Shown: positions 12,272 through 21,341 of the stretch, piece after piece
How the letters are laid out: the number at the start of each line of letters is the position of its first letter
How positions within the stretch are numbered: the stretch's first letter is position 1
Assembly: GCA_038245785.1 (NCBI GenBank)
Contig: JBBRSB010000034.1
Span: 1-52,757, forward strand
Reading direction: 5' to 3'
DNA: 52,757 bases
From: Gloeobacterales cyanobacterium
Lineage (GTDB): Bacteria; Cyanobacteriota; Cyanobacteriia; Gloeobacterales; PMM-0068
The notes under the pieces: generated by a model
Database searches by the model: none
Told to the model about the DNA's origin: nothing
Seen by the model: the letters and a program-made list of their open reading frames with translations, nothing else
Position numbers and translations under genes: made by a program

Positions 12272-12690
12272 GTTGGGGGATGCCAGCCACTTATGGCCCA
12301 ACGCCAGCGAGCAGCTACGATGACAGGATTATTCATGCGTAGGGTAACGATCGTTGCCCGACCCACAGCCGTTAAACCTTCTGCTCTTGTGCCATCTAGA
12401 CTTCAGGTGAAGTGTTCAGTCCAGATTTGAGTACGCGGATTGAAGAGTGAAATACGCTCGCATGTCAGAGGATCTTCGGCTTTTGTATTGTCAGATTTGA
12501 ACTCATTACACGTAGGGCAAGCAAGACAAAGATTCTCGAATGTTGTTGCACCACCTTTTGACCGAGGTAGGATGTGGTCGTACGTCATCGGAATACCGCT
12601 ATTGACTTCACTCGTAAGACAGTAAGCGCAGCGACGAGCATCCACCGCATCAAGTTGAGATTTTAGACTCTCGGAAACATACGTAGACAC
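12268..12690 (-). pseudogene. HNH endonuclease interrupted by an in-frame TGA at 12403-12405
   Basis: GTG 12690, CAYC...DHILPRSKGG...NLCLAC..CN. After the TGA the frame continues [44 protein letters not shown] to TAA 12268, the usual C-terminus of this family (HF.WS.DG). Confidence 0.85.
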
Positions 12691-12695
12691 GACGG

Positions 12696-13097
12696 TTACA
12701 AGCGTGGAATCTGATAGCCGCGCCAATGCAGTAAGGCCGCAGCGTGAGCTTTAAGCAACATGAAGCGATCGCTCTCGGCTCGCAGTGCTGTCATTTCGGC
12801 TCTTTCCGCGTTGGTTAACATTCCTTCCTGATTTCGATCGAGTAGGAGGCTATAACGTTCCATCTCAGTAGCAGATTTGTGACTCCGAGCGATTTTCCAC
12901 AAAGCTTCGTCTTCTAATCTGTCAAGGGCTGCAAGAGCCACCTGAAATTCATCAGGGACGTTCGTCCAGTCAGGGGGACTTCCTACTTTCAGCGCATGAA
13001 GCGTCACGTCTTCTAAAGGCCGGTTGGTAGCACGAGCAGTATCAACGAGCCTTTGATAGAGCGGCTCTGGAATTTGAAGGGTGATGGTTTCAGCCAT
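12696..13097 (-). CDS. Putative antitoxin partner of HNH (RHH-like N-terminus)
   Basis: ITLQIPEPLYQRL...A....RPLE N-terminus and RY..LL.RN.EG.LT..E..E helical C-terminus; 5 nt upstream of the HNH start. Confidence 0.75.
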   Translation of the reverse strand: MAETITLQIPEPLYQRLVDTARATNRPLEDVTLHALKVGSPPDWTNVPDEFQVALAALDRLEDEALWKIARSHKSATEMERYSLLLDRNQEGMLTNAERAEMTALRAESDRFMLLKAHAAALLHWRGYQIPRL

Positions 13098-13184
13098 GGA
13101 GTCGGATTAAGCGCTAATTGAATTGTGACATCTCCAGGCTCTCCATTTAGCTCTATTCTTCTTAAGGTCAGCTCAGTAAATTAA

Positions 13185-14873
13185 GTGACGGTTCAGCTCC
13201 TATCGCGTCCTACTCTTTTCAATTCCCGCGTGCTTTGGGGATTTATCTTCCTCGGTGCGCTCGCGCTTTCGTTCTATCAGGCAGGTATTTTTGGGCAAGA
13301 TATTTTTAATCCTGGGGGCTGGCCGCTCTTCTGGCGTTTTCTAAGTGCCAGTGTGCAACCGGACCTCAGCCCTGAGATGCTCCAGCTAACGTTCCAATCG
13401 ACGCTGACGACTTTGGCCTATGCCGTTTGTGGCACCTTCTTGAGCGTTCTGTTGGGGATGGTAGGCGGCCTTTTGGCTTCTGAAGTATGGTGGTACACGG
13501 TTTTCCCCCGACAGCAGAAGCAACAGGCTATACGGTTAGGCGCACGGGCGATTCTGGCTGGGCCACGGGCGATTCATGAAATGGTTTGGGGGCTCTTTTT
13601 CGTCAATATTTGGGGATTGGATGCCCTGACGGCGATTTTGGCGATTGCTATTCCCTTTGGAGCGGTCACGGCTAAAGTCTTTTCGGAAATTCTTGATGAA
13701 ACTCCACGTCAATCCTTGAACGCGTTGGTTAACAGTGGAGTGAAGCCGCTCACTGCTTTTACCTATAGCCTCTTACCTCAGGCATTTTTGAATTTACTGT
13801 CCTATGTTTTCTATCGCTTTGAATGCTCTATTCGTTCAGCGGCGGTCTTGGGCATTATTGGGGCTGGGGGCTTGGGTTATCAGATTTTATTGAGTCTCCA
13901 GTCTCTGCGTTACCAGCAACTCTGGACTTTTTTCCTGGCTCTGTTTCTGTTTAATGGCCTTGTGGACTTGAGTAGTGCCCTCCTGCGTCGTCGCCTGGGG
14001 TGTGCCAGTCGGTTGGATTTGAATCAAAAGAAGCAAGGCGCACAGCCCGTCTATAAACAAGATTCGTTGGTGAACTGGATTGGCTTGTTGGTTCTTTTGT
14101 CTGTTCCGCTGTGCTTTTGGTATGTCAGCCCTGATTTCACGAAACTTTGGTCCCCGCGCACCGGAGAATTTTTTGGAGCTTTGGCGAAAGGAGCTTTTTC
14201 TCCACATGTGGATAGTTCTCAGCTCCAGCAGCTTCTGACGCTTTCTGTAGAGACGCTTTCCATTTCTATTCTGGCGATGACCTTGGCCGGAATCGGAGGC
14301 CTGTTACTCTCATTCCCTGGAGCCTATAACTTTTTCCTTCCTGGTGGACTGCTTAATCCTGGTACACGGGATTTCCGCAGTAATAGCTGGGGCTGGGCCA
14401 GTTTTCTTTTTACACGGGCTATCTTGCTCATCTTTCGGGCGATTCCGCCACCGATTTGGGCTTTACTCTTTCTGTTTGTAATCTTTCCTGGTGTTTTGCC
14501 CGGTGCCCTGGCGTTGGGTTTGCACAATCTGGGCATCCTGGGCCGATTGATGGCGGAGGGTGTAGAAAATCTAGATGAGCGGCCTTTGGCAGCATTGAAA
14601 GCACAAGGTGCGCCTGGCTCCCTTGTCTTTCTTTATGGCGTATTGCCTTTGACCATGCCCCGCTCTCTGGCCTATATCCTCTACCGCTGGGAAGTCTGTA
14701 TCCGCGAGACCGTAGTAGTTGGTCTAGTCGGAGCAGGAGGGCTAGGTCATCTCCTAACGGAGCAACTGAGCAGTTTCGATACGCAGGGGATTGTAGCAAC
14801 CCTTAGCTGTTTAATTATTCTGACCTTTCTGGTGGATTGGATTAGCAGTTTGGCTAGAAGGTCGTTGCGTTGA
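13185..14873 (+). CDS. phnE: PhnE-like ABC permease (two fused permease domains)
   Basis: Two repeats of RAI..YR(F/W)E..IR....G..GAGGLG. Confidence 0.9.
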   Translation: MTVQLLSRPTLFNSRVLWGFIFLGALALSFYQAGIFGQDIFNPGGWPLFWRFLSASVQPDLSPEMLQLTFQSTLTTLAYAVCGTFLSVLLGMVGGLLASEVWWYTVFPRQQKQQAIRLGARAILAGPRAIHEMVWGLFFVNIWGLDALTAILAIAIPFGAVTAKVFSEILDETPRQSLNALVNSGVKPLTAFTYSLLPQAFLNLLSYVFYRFECSIRSAAVLGIIGAGGLGYQILLSLQSLRYQQLWTFFLALFLFNGLVDLSSALLRRRLGCASRLDLNQKKQGAQPVYKQDSLVNWIGLLVLLSVPLCFWYVSPDFTKLWSPRTGEFFGALAKGAFSPHVDSSQLQQLLTLSVETLSISILAMTLAGIGGLLLSFPGAYNFFLPGGLLNPGTRDFRSNSWGWASFLFTRAILLIFRAIPPPIWALLFLFVIFPGVLPGALALGLHNLGILGRLMAEGVENLDERPLAALKAQGAPGSLVFLYGVLPLTMPRSLAYILYRWEVCIRETVVVGLVGAGGLGHLLTEQLSSFDTQGIVATLSCLIILTFLVDWISSLARRSLR

Positions 14874-15195
14874 AAAGCAAGTTAGAAAGCGATGCATTTC
14901 AGGATGGCTCCTCGCAGGCAAACTAAAGAATACTTACCGAGGTCTTTTCACATTAAAGAACTATGTATATATTTTATGAGACCCCCGATCGCTTATGAAG
15001 CAAATGAGGAATAATAAAATCTAGTGACAGTCACGTGAAACATTACCTTCTTTTGGACTCTTGTCAAAAGTTTCATAATCTGATTCAGTTAGTGAATCTA
15101 AGTCTATTCTTTGAGAAATAATAGAAAGAGAGATTTACTATCGCAAAACTTTTGGGTCACTCTTCAATATAACTTCAAGAACTCTTCTCAGGCTC

Positions 15196-16698
15196 ATGAA
15201 TACCACTCAACCTTCTCAACAGCAAATTATCAAGCTAAATTTTAAATCTATAAAGAATCTAAGAGAGTTTGATATAGATTTTTCTGGTAATAATTTAACA
15301 GACATTTTGGGAACTAATGGTTGTGGAAAATCTACAATTATTCATGCACTAGCTTGCTGTTATCAACCAATTGATGAGAAAGAAAGCATAAACTATAAAT
15401 TTAGTTATTTTTTCTTGCCAACGACTCACTCTCTTTGGAAGGGAAGTGAACTCACACTAACCCATAGCTATAGAACAGGTCAAAAACAACATAGTAATAT
15501 GACTGTATATGACAAGCTGGGTAATAGGTGGAAACCAATATATAAAAGACGCCCAGAAAGATATGTATCTTTTATTGGTATTAAAACATGTGTTCCTAAA
15601 ATTGAAGATGAAAGCAAGAAGAGCTTAATAGAATATACAACTCAGCCTCTCTCTGATGAACTTTCACTCGATGTCAAGAAGTATGCAAGTCAGATAACGA
15701 GTAGAGATTATACTACCTATAATATTCATAGCTTTAGTAGTAAAGAATATATAGGAGTTGAATATAAAGGGCAGAGCTATTCTGCATTAAGTATGGGAGC
15801 TGGTGAACAGAGGTTATTCTTCATGTTAAAAGAAGTATTCAAAGCTCCAAAATATTCACTAATACTAATTGATGAAATAGATTTGTTGTTGCATGAAGAT
15901 GCATTAGATAAGCTGATAAATATATTGATAGATAGGGCAGAAAGCAAAAGCTTACAAATAATATTTACTACACATGCTCAATCAATAATTAAATTTGAAG
16001 CTAAAATCAACATAAGACATATATATCAAGCTAATGATAGAACACTTTGTTTTAATGAGACCAGGCCAGACGCAATGTACAGATTAACTGGTAAGCAAGA
16101 TAGGCCATTAGAAATCTTTGTGGAAGATGATCTAGCCAAAGCAGTTGTTAAAAAAGTTAGTGGGGAATTAGGATTATCTAAGTATGTGTCGATTAAAGAG
16201 TATGGCGCAGCAGGAAACTGTTTCACTGTATTATCAGGGCTACTCCTAAACAAAGACCCAAATATAGATAATATGCTCTTTATCTTGGATGGTGATGTGT
16301 ATGAAACACCCGAAAAGAAAAACGGGCAAATTGAAAGAGTTCTAACAGGAACTTCAGTCTCAGTTGATGCTATGAGAAAAAAAGCAATAAAATATATTTC
16401 TCAGCTCTTACCTGATGATTTAAGGCCAGAACTGTTTCTGCATAAGTTAATTAAAGAACTACCTGAGCAGTCTAATGAAGAGCATAATGAGGTTATTAGA
16501 GCTGCAAAAGATATTACTGTGGCTGATGGATCACATAAATATATTAATGATCTAATCACTAGAATGGATTTTGAGAGATCAGCAGGGCTTAAAACTATTA
16601 CAGATCTAGCTTCACTATCTCCAAACTGGCAAAATTATACTGAAGAAGTCCGTAATTGGTTAATCTCGAAAAAGGATTCTGTTATGGAGAAAAACTAA
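15196..16698 (+). CDS. ABC-type (AAA_15/21) ATPase fused to a TOPRIM-like domain; OLD-like putative defence nuclease
   Basis: Walker A GTNGCGKST, signature MGAGEQR, Walker B LILIDEID, FTTH; TOPRIM IFVEDD and ILDGD; markedly AT-rich. Confidence 0.85.
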   Translation: MNTTQPSQQQIIKLNFKSIKNLREFDIDFSGNNLTDILGTNGCGKSTIIHALACCYQPIDEKESINYKFSYFFLPTTHSLWKGSELTLTHSYRTGQKQHSNMTVYDKLGNRWKPIYKRRPERYVSFIGIKTCVPKIEDESKKSLIEYTTQPLSDELSLDVKKYASQITSRDYTTYNIHSFSSKEYIGVEYKGQSYSALSMGAGEQRLFFMLKEVFKAPKYSLILIDEIDLLLHEDALDKLINILIDRAESKSLQIIFTTHAQSIIKFEAKINIRHIYQANDRTLCFNETRPDAMYRLTGKQDRPLEIFVEDDLAKAVVKKVSGELGLSKYVSIKEYGAAGNCFTVLSGLLLNKDPNIDNMLFILDGDVYETPEKKNGQIERVLTGTSVSVDAMRKKAIKYISQLLPDDLRPELFLHKLIKELPEQSNEEHNEVIRAAKDITVADGSHKYINDLITRMDFERSAGLKTITDLASLSPNWQNYTEEVRNWLISKKDSVMEKN

Positions 16699-16736
16699 CT
16701 AAAGCTATTGTTTATGATTAAGTGGTTATCTGTTCT

Positions 16737-16982
16737 TTATATGAGAAGCTCTTTCTGTATTTTGGTAAGTCGCTTAATCTCCAATTCTCTTTTTGTCGCT
16801 TCAGATCTATTAGCAGCTTCTTCTGTATAGACCAACTGCACAGGTCTTCTCGATTTGGTGTATCGAGCCCCTAATCGGTCATTCGTGTTATGTTCAATCA
16901 TTCTCTTTTCCAGATCTTTAGCAATTCCTGTATACAATGTATGGTCTGAACATTGGACCATGTAAACATACCAAATACTCAT
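16737..16982 (-). CDS. GIY-YIG nuclease (YhbQ/UPF0213 type)
   Basis: WYVYMVQCSD.TLYTGI..DLEKR..EHN...GARYT..RRPV.LVY.E. Confidence 0.92.
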   Translation of the reverse strand: MSIWYVYMVQCSDHTLYTGIAKDLEKRMIEHNTNDRLGARYTKSRRPVQLVYTEEAANRSEATKRELEIKRLTKIQKELLI

Positions 16983-17015
16983 ATTTCCTAGTCCAAATTA
17001 ATCTGTCTGAGGGAA

Positions 17016-17597
17016 TCAGGGCTGAGCAACAGAGGATAAATCTACATCTTCATATACTTCTGTAACTGCGCAATGAAAGCTTAGGCTCGTCAGATGAAGT
17101 CTGTCTGCTGCTCCATAGGGATAAAGCACCCATTGTCCTTCGGCATTGCGCCGGAAACACTCTGCATTCATCCGGGTTTGACTGATAAGTACATATTCTT
17201 GAAGTGACTCTAAACATCGGTAATCAGTGAATTTATCTCCTCTATCAAAAGCTTCTGTTGTAGTAGATAGCACCTCCACAATCAAACAGGGATAACGAAG
17301 GAAGTTATCGAATGATCTATCTCTCTGGTCACAGCTAACCATCACATCAGGATAGTAATAGGCATTAATCGACTCAATATGAGCCTTAGTGTCTGAGGTG
17401 TAAACGCGACAGCCACTTCCCCGCACATGATTTCTAAGCATGGTCGCGAGGTTTACGGTAATAAGGACATGGTTATTACTGGCTCCTGCCATGGCATAAA
17501 TTTGCCCTTGCCTGTACTCATGCTTGACAGGACTATCCTCTTCTTCCTTTAGATAGTCTTCTGAAACGATGTATCTAGAACTTGGATTGGCAATCAT
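17016..17597 (-). CDS. Uma2/DUF820 PD-(D/E)xK endonuclease (ATG 17597 preferred over GTG 17663)
   Basis: KHEY..G.IYAMAGAS..H, YYYPDVMV, LIVEVLS..TEAFDRGDKF..Y, LQEYVLISQ. Confidence 0.92.
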   Translation of the reverse strand: MIANPSSRYIVSEDYLKEEEDSPVKHEYRQGQIYAMAGASNNHVLITVNLATMLRNHVRGSGCRVYTSDTKAHIESINAYYYPDVMVSCDQRDRSFDNFLRYPCLIVEVLSTTTEAFDRGDKFTDYRCLESLQEYVLISQTRMNAECFRRNAEGQWVLYPYGAADRLHLTSLSFHCAVTEVYEDVDLSSVAQP

Positions 17598-17672
17598 AGG
17601 CAATTCTTCTTGTGTCTGCTTTCCCTGGTAATATTTTGACTCATTTACCCAGATGCGCAGCACCTGTAAAAT

Positions 17673-18986
17673 TTACACTAACTTCCCCCAAAGATCATAG
17701 GTGTCTGCATCGGTAATCTCTACGGGCACGATATTGCCAAGGGCGATGCTGCTACCTTTGACATAGACTTGACCATCTACATCGGGTGCAAAGCGCGCAG
17801 CCCGACCAAGATATTCTCCCGTTTCTGGATTTTCTTGCTCAATCAAAACGGGTAAGGTTTGACCAATTAAATCCTGATTGCGACGAAGGGAAATCGGCTG
17901 TTGAGCAATCATCAAGGCTTTGCGACGTTGCTGTTTAATTTTTTCAGGGATTTGATTGGGTAAACTTCCAGCGGGAGTTCCCTCTTCCTGGGAATAGGTG
18001 AAGACGCCCACATGATCAAACTGGTGACGCTTGATAAAGTGGACTAGATGCTGGAACTGTTCATCGGTTTCCCCAGGAAAACCAACAATAAACGTGGTGC
18101 GGAAAGTTGCTCCCGGCAAATTCTCGCGCAGGGTATCCATAACGCGGTCATTGACCTCTGCTTGCCAGGGGCGATTCATCGATTTGAGTACATCCGGGTC
18201 GGAATGCTGGAGGGGCATATCCAGGTAAGGGATGACATTCGGGCTTTCTTTCAGGGCTTGGACCACCTCTGCTGTGATACCCGTGGGATAGAGGTACAAA
18301 AGGCGAATCCAGGGTACCGGCACTTCAGAAAGCTTGCGAATCAGTTCGGCTAACTTGGGCTCACCGTAGATATCTCGGCCATAGTTCGTGGTGATTTGCG
18401 AAATCAGCAAAATCTCTTTCACCCCTTCACGGGCTAACTGATGGGCTTCTGTCACAATCGATTCGATGGAGCGAGAACGTTGGTCTCCTCTGAGGTGGGG
18501 AATGATGCAAAAGGCACAGCGGTAATCACAACCTTCTGCTACCCGTAGATAGGCTACCGATTCAGTCGTCGTCCGATAGCGGGGTAGCTGCTCATCGGCA
18601 ATAAAGGTGGGGATTGCAGAAACGGCAGTCACCCGTTCCCCCTGTTCCACCCGTTCAATCACATTGACAATATTTTGGTAATCTCCGGTGCCTATGAGCG
18701 CTACAGCTTCCGGTATTTCTGCCAAAAGTTCTCCCTGAAAATGCTGGGCCAGACAGCCAGAAATAATAATTCTTTTACCCTGTTCGGCCAGACTGACTAA
18801 GGTGCGCACCGATTCTTTGCGGGCATCTTCGATAAAACTACAGGTGTTGACCAAGACATAGTCGGCTTTTTCTTCGTCACTATCGACGCCATAACCCGCC
18901 TGGGCTAAAAGCCCCAGCATATGTTCGGTATCTACCCGATTTTTCTCACAACCCAAATGAGTTACAGCAATAGTTGGTTTAGACAC
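17673..18986 (-). CDS. rimO: Ribosomal protein S12 methylthiotransferase
   Basis: [17 protein letters not shown], radical-[15 protein letters not shown] domain (APDVDG). Confidence 0.97.
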   Translation of the reverse strand: MSKPTIAVTHLGCEKNRVDTEHMLGLLAQAGYGVDSDEEKADYVLVNTCSFIEDARKESVRTLVSLAEQGKRIIISGCLAQHFQGELLAEIPEAVALIGTGDYQNIVNVIERVEQGERVTAVSAIPTFIADEQLPRYRTTTESVAYLRVAEGCDYRCAFCIIPHLRGDQRSRSIESIVTEAHQLAREGVKEILLISQITTNYGRDIYGEPKLAELIRKLSEVPVPWIRLLYLYPTGITAEVVQALKESPNVIPYLDMPLQHSDPDVLKSMNRPWQAEVNDRVMDTLRENLPGATFRTTFIVGFPGETDEQFQHLVHFIKRHQFDHVGVFTYSQEEGTPAGSLPNQIPEKIKQQRRKALMIAQQPISLRRNQDLIGQTLPVLIEQENPETGEYLGRAARFAPDVDGQVYVKGSSIALGNIVPVEITDADTYDLWGKLV

Positions 18987-19152
18987 AGGGATTTAAATAA
19001 TGGGCTTATTGATCATAGAGGTTCTGTGACCTACATGCACAAGCTTTAGTGTTGTGAATTTGCTGTAACCCAGTATCAGCGCTGGCTGAGAGCAACTTGT
19101 CTACTACAGTTGACCAAGAATCTCTAGGCCAGTAGGTTATACCCGCTAAAGA

Positions 19153-20493
19153 GTGAGTGTTCTTCCAAGCGAGAGGCAAATTCGTATGACTGAATCTACA
19201 GGTGAGTATAGATACGTCGGTAAAGAAGAGACAGATATCACCCTTTCCAAGGAGCAAAAAAACGAACGTATTGAAAAACAAAGTATAAAATTTTCAGACT
19301 GGTTGGGAGTCAATAAATTTAGAAAATATAAAGATGAAAAATTGAGAGAGCTTAAAGAAGAACGAGTAGAAATCTTTAAGAGCCTAAAATCTATTGATTC
19401 TGACTTCAAATCATCGTACTTAGACATATTCGAATGCAAGGAAAATCGACTTGTCAAAGTGGATTTATCCAAGGCTATATTTTTAGAATATGGAGATAAA
19501 GTTCTATACATTTTAAGTTTCCTATTGCCTGTTTCAATCACTCTTTTTCTTTCTTTATCAAATAAGGAACACAGGTATCCAATATTAGAATCTATAGGAA
19601 TAAATTTAGTTTATTTAATCGCAGTTATTTTTCTTTCTTATATCATTTCAGTAAAAATCGACCCTTTTCCATTTTTATGGGGGAAAAGCAAGTATAAAAA
19701 AATAGCAAAAGCTATATTATTACCTTTTATTAGTACTTCTACTATATGTTTAATAACATTTGGATTAATTTTTGAGAATTATACAAACAATTCCTCCTCT
19801 TTAATTCTTCTGAAAGGTGTTATAGCTTTAGGCTGGTCTCTTTCAACAATGATTTCTCCCTTGCTTTTATATGTGATTCCATTATCTTCTATCATTTTTG
19901 CTCAGCAGAGAAGGGGATATCCAGAATCTATTCTAGTTCACGGGCTATTAGAAGTTCTTCATGAACTTGAAAATAAATCTCATCAATGGGGACTTCAAGA
20001 CTTTAGAGAACAAATTTGGATTAAGCTTAAAGGCTTAGCGACAGATTTGCAATATTCATCCAAAGGTTCTTTCAACAGCAATAAACCCTTTAAAGGAATA
20101 GGTTCTGCCCTCTGTAATTATGAACCTTGGCTTCGTGAACCTAGAGCTAGCACATATGAAGATTTCAAAGTTCGAATGATTAAGAATTTTAGATATTCTA
20201 TATCTGGACATGTTGGAGAAATAGAACAATCAGAGACAAAAGATATAGCATTAGGAAAATCTATATTAAACGAGTCTATTCCTTTTCTTGTTGCATTACT
20301 TTATCCACTTTGGATGCTACTAGTAAGGCAAATACTTCCAATAGTGCCAGGATTTTCAATAGCTACGGAAACTACAAATAAAATAGATACAGTTATAGCT
20401 ACTTTACTTATCTTCCTTCCCTTGTTGGCTAAGAACAAAGAACTTCTTGGAAAGATTGGTGAGAAGGCAATAGGCTTCTTCGGATCAAAATAA
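19153..20493 (+). CDS. Hypothetical AT-rich polytopic membrane protein (about 6 TM)
   Basis: 446-aa ORF: soluble N-terminus, 4 hydrophobic segments, a soluble domain, then 2 more hydrophobic segments. Start may be ATG 19186. Confidence 0.75.
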   Translation: MSVLPSERQIRMTESTGEYRYVGKEETDITLSKEQKNERIEKQSIKFSDWLGVNKFRKYKDEKLRELKEERVEIFKSLKSIDSDFKSSYLDIFECKENRLVKVDLSKAIFLEYGDKVLYILSFLLPVSITLFLSLSNKEHRYPILESIGINLVYLIAVIFLSYIISVKIDPFPFLWGKSKYKKIAKAILLPFISTSTICLITFGLIFENYTNNSSSLILLKGVIALGWSLSTMISPLLLYVIPLSSIIFAQQRRGYPESILVHGLLEVLHELENKSHQWGLQDFREQIWIKLKGLATDLQYSSKGSFNSNKPFKGIGSALCNYEPWLREPRASTYEDFKVRMIKNFRYSISGHVGEIEQSETKDIALGKSILNESIPFLVALLYPLWMLLVRQILPIVPGFSIATETTNKIDTVIATLLIFLPLLAKNKELLGKIGEKAIGFFGSK

Positions 20494-20614
20494 GATTTAT
20501 ATAGTTGTCTAACTGGTTCTGATACCGTTACTAAAGGTAGGAAGCTTGCGGACCAGATTGGCTCAATCTTGAATTCATGCCATTGTGCCAGAATGCAGCA
20601 CGTAAGGAGGTTGT

Positions 20615-20884
20615 ATGGCTGTTGTTGTAAAAACGGTGGGAGCCAGTGGACAGATTTCACTCGGCAAGAAGTATGCCGGACGCACCGTCATCATTGAGCA
20701 GATTGAAGAAGGCGTTTGGAACGTGAAGACTGCTCAGATTATTCCAGACAATGAACTTTGGCTACACACCGAGCAAGAAAGCACCAAGCTGGAAGAAGCA
20801 ATCCGCTGGGCTGAAGAACATCCACCGATGGAGACGGAACTTTTCGTGCTTGAGCAGCAGGTAGAGGCAGGCGCTAGACCTTGA
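20615..20884 (+). CDS. AbrB/MazE-like putative antitoxin
   Basis: VKTVGASGQISLGKKYAG, IPDNE.WLH; strong RBS TAAGGAGG. Confidence 0.8.
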   Translation: MAVVVKTVGASGQISLGKKYAGRTVIIEQIEEGVWNVKTAQIIPDNELWLHTEQESTKLEEAIRWAEEHPPMETELFVLEQQVEAGARP

Positions 20885-20963
20885 GCCAGCCTATTTCTCT
20901 TTCCAACCAGAAAACCCAATCTGCCTAGATGAATACAAAAGAGTATTTCAATACTGGTATTAA
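20881..20963 (+). pseudogene. Possible decayed 5' end of the cognate toxin gene
   Basis: A TTG overlaps the antitoxin stop. A shifted frame reads PICLDEYKRVFQYWY*, resembling the I.LD.....FQ..W start recalled for this antitoxin's partner. Confidence 0.35.
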
Positions 20964-21341
20964 ACAGTCAATTTGGTTGTACCTTAGAGTAATTGCTGCT
21001 TTACCTGAGACATCCATGAGAAATGATAGTTTCCCGTGGATAAATGCTCAGATACGTATTGAAAAGCCTCAAGATTAGAAATTGAGAAAGAATAAAAAAT
21101 AATTTGCAAGATATGAGATTGGTGAGCTAGACTCCTTCCTCAGAGAAGCTCCCAGACATCTGTGGCAATCCAGAAAATCACATATGAAATTAAAATGTGA
21201 CATTTGTGACTGTGTGAATATTTATGAGCTGTTAGTGTACTAAGAAAATAGTAGAAAGGGCGGCGATAGCAAATATAGCCCTACATTCTTGTTGATTCAT
21301 TCTTCTGCTCAATAGGCTCTATCCTGCATAATTTAATCATT

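Larger units (their letters stand above)
12268..13186. mobile_element. Inserted two-gene cassette (antitoxin-like gene plus HNH) bounded by TTAAGT direct repeats
   Basis: TTAAGT at 12268-12273 and 13181-13186. Removing 913 bp gives phnC ...CGT TAA GTG ACG... phnE. No transposase or terminal inverted repeats seen. Confidence 0.7.

Noticed and set aside
12267..12273. GTTAAGT as an integron core site (GTTRRRY) explaining the cassette
   Set aside because: The right junction reads ATTAAGT, there is no attC fold, the genes face the wrong way, and no intI is present.
12403..12405. TGA in the HNH gene as selenocysteine, given the putative selenate transporter context
   Set aside because: The position corresponds to Trp rather than Cys, and no convincing SECIS hairpin follows.
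14874..16698. Complete retron or Gabija system
   Set aside because: No reverse transcriptase or UvrD helicase is present in the window; reported only as an orphan effector.
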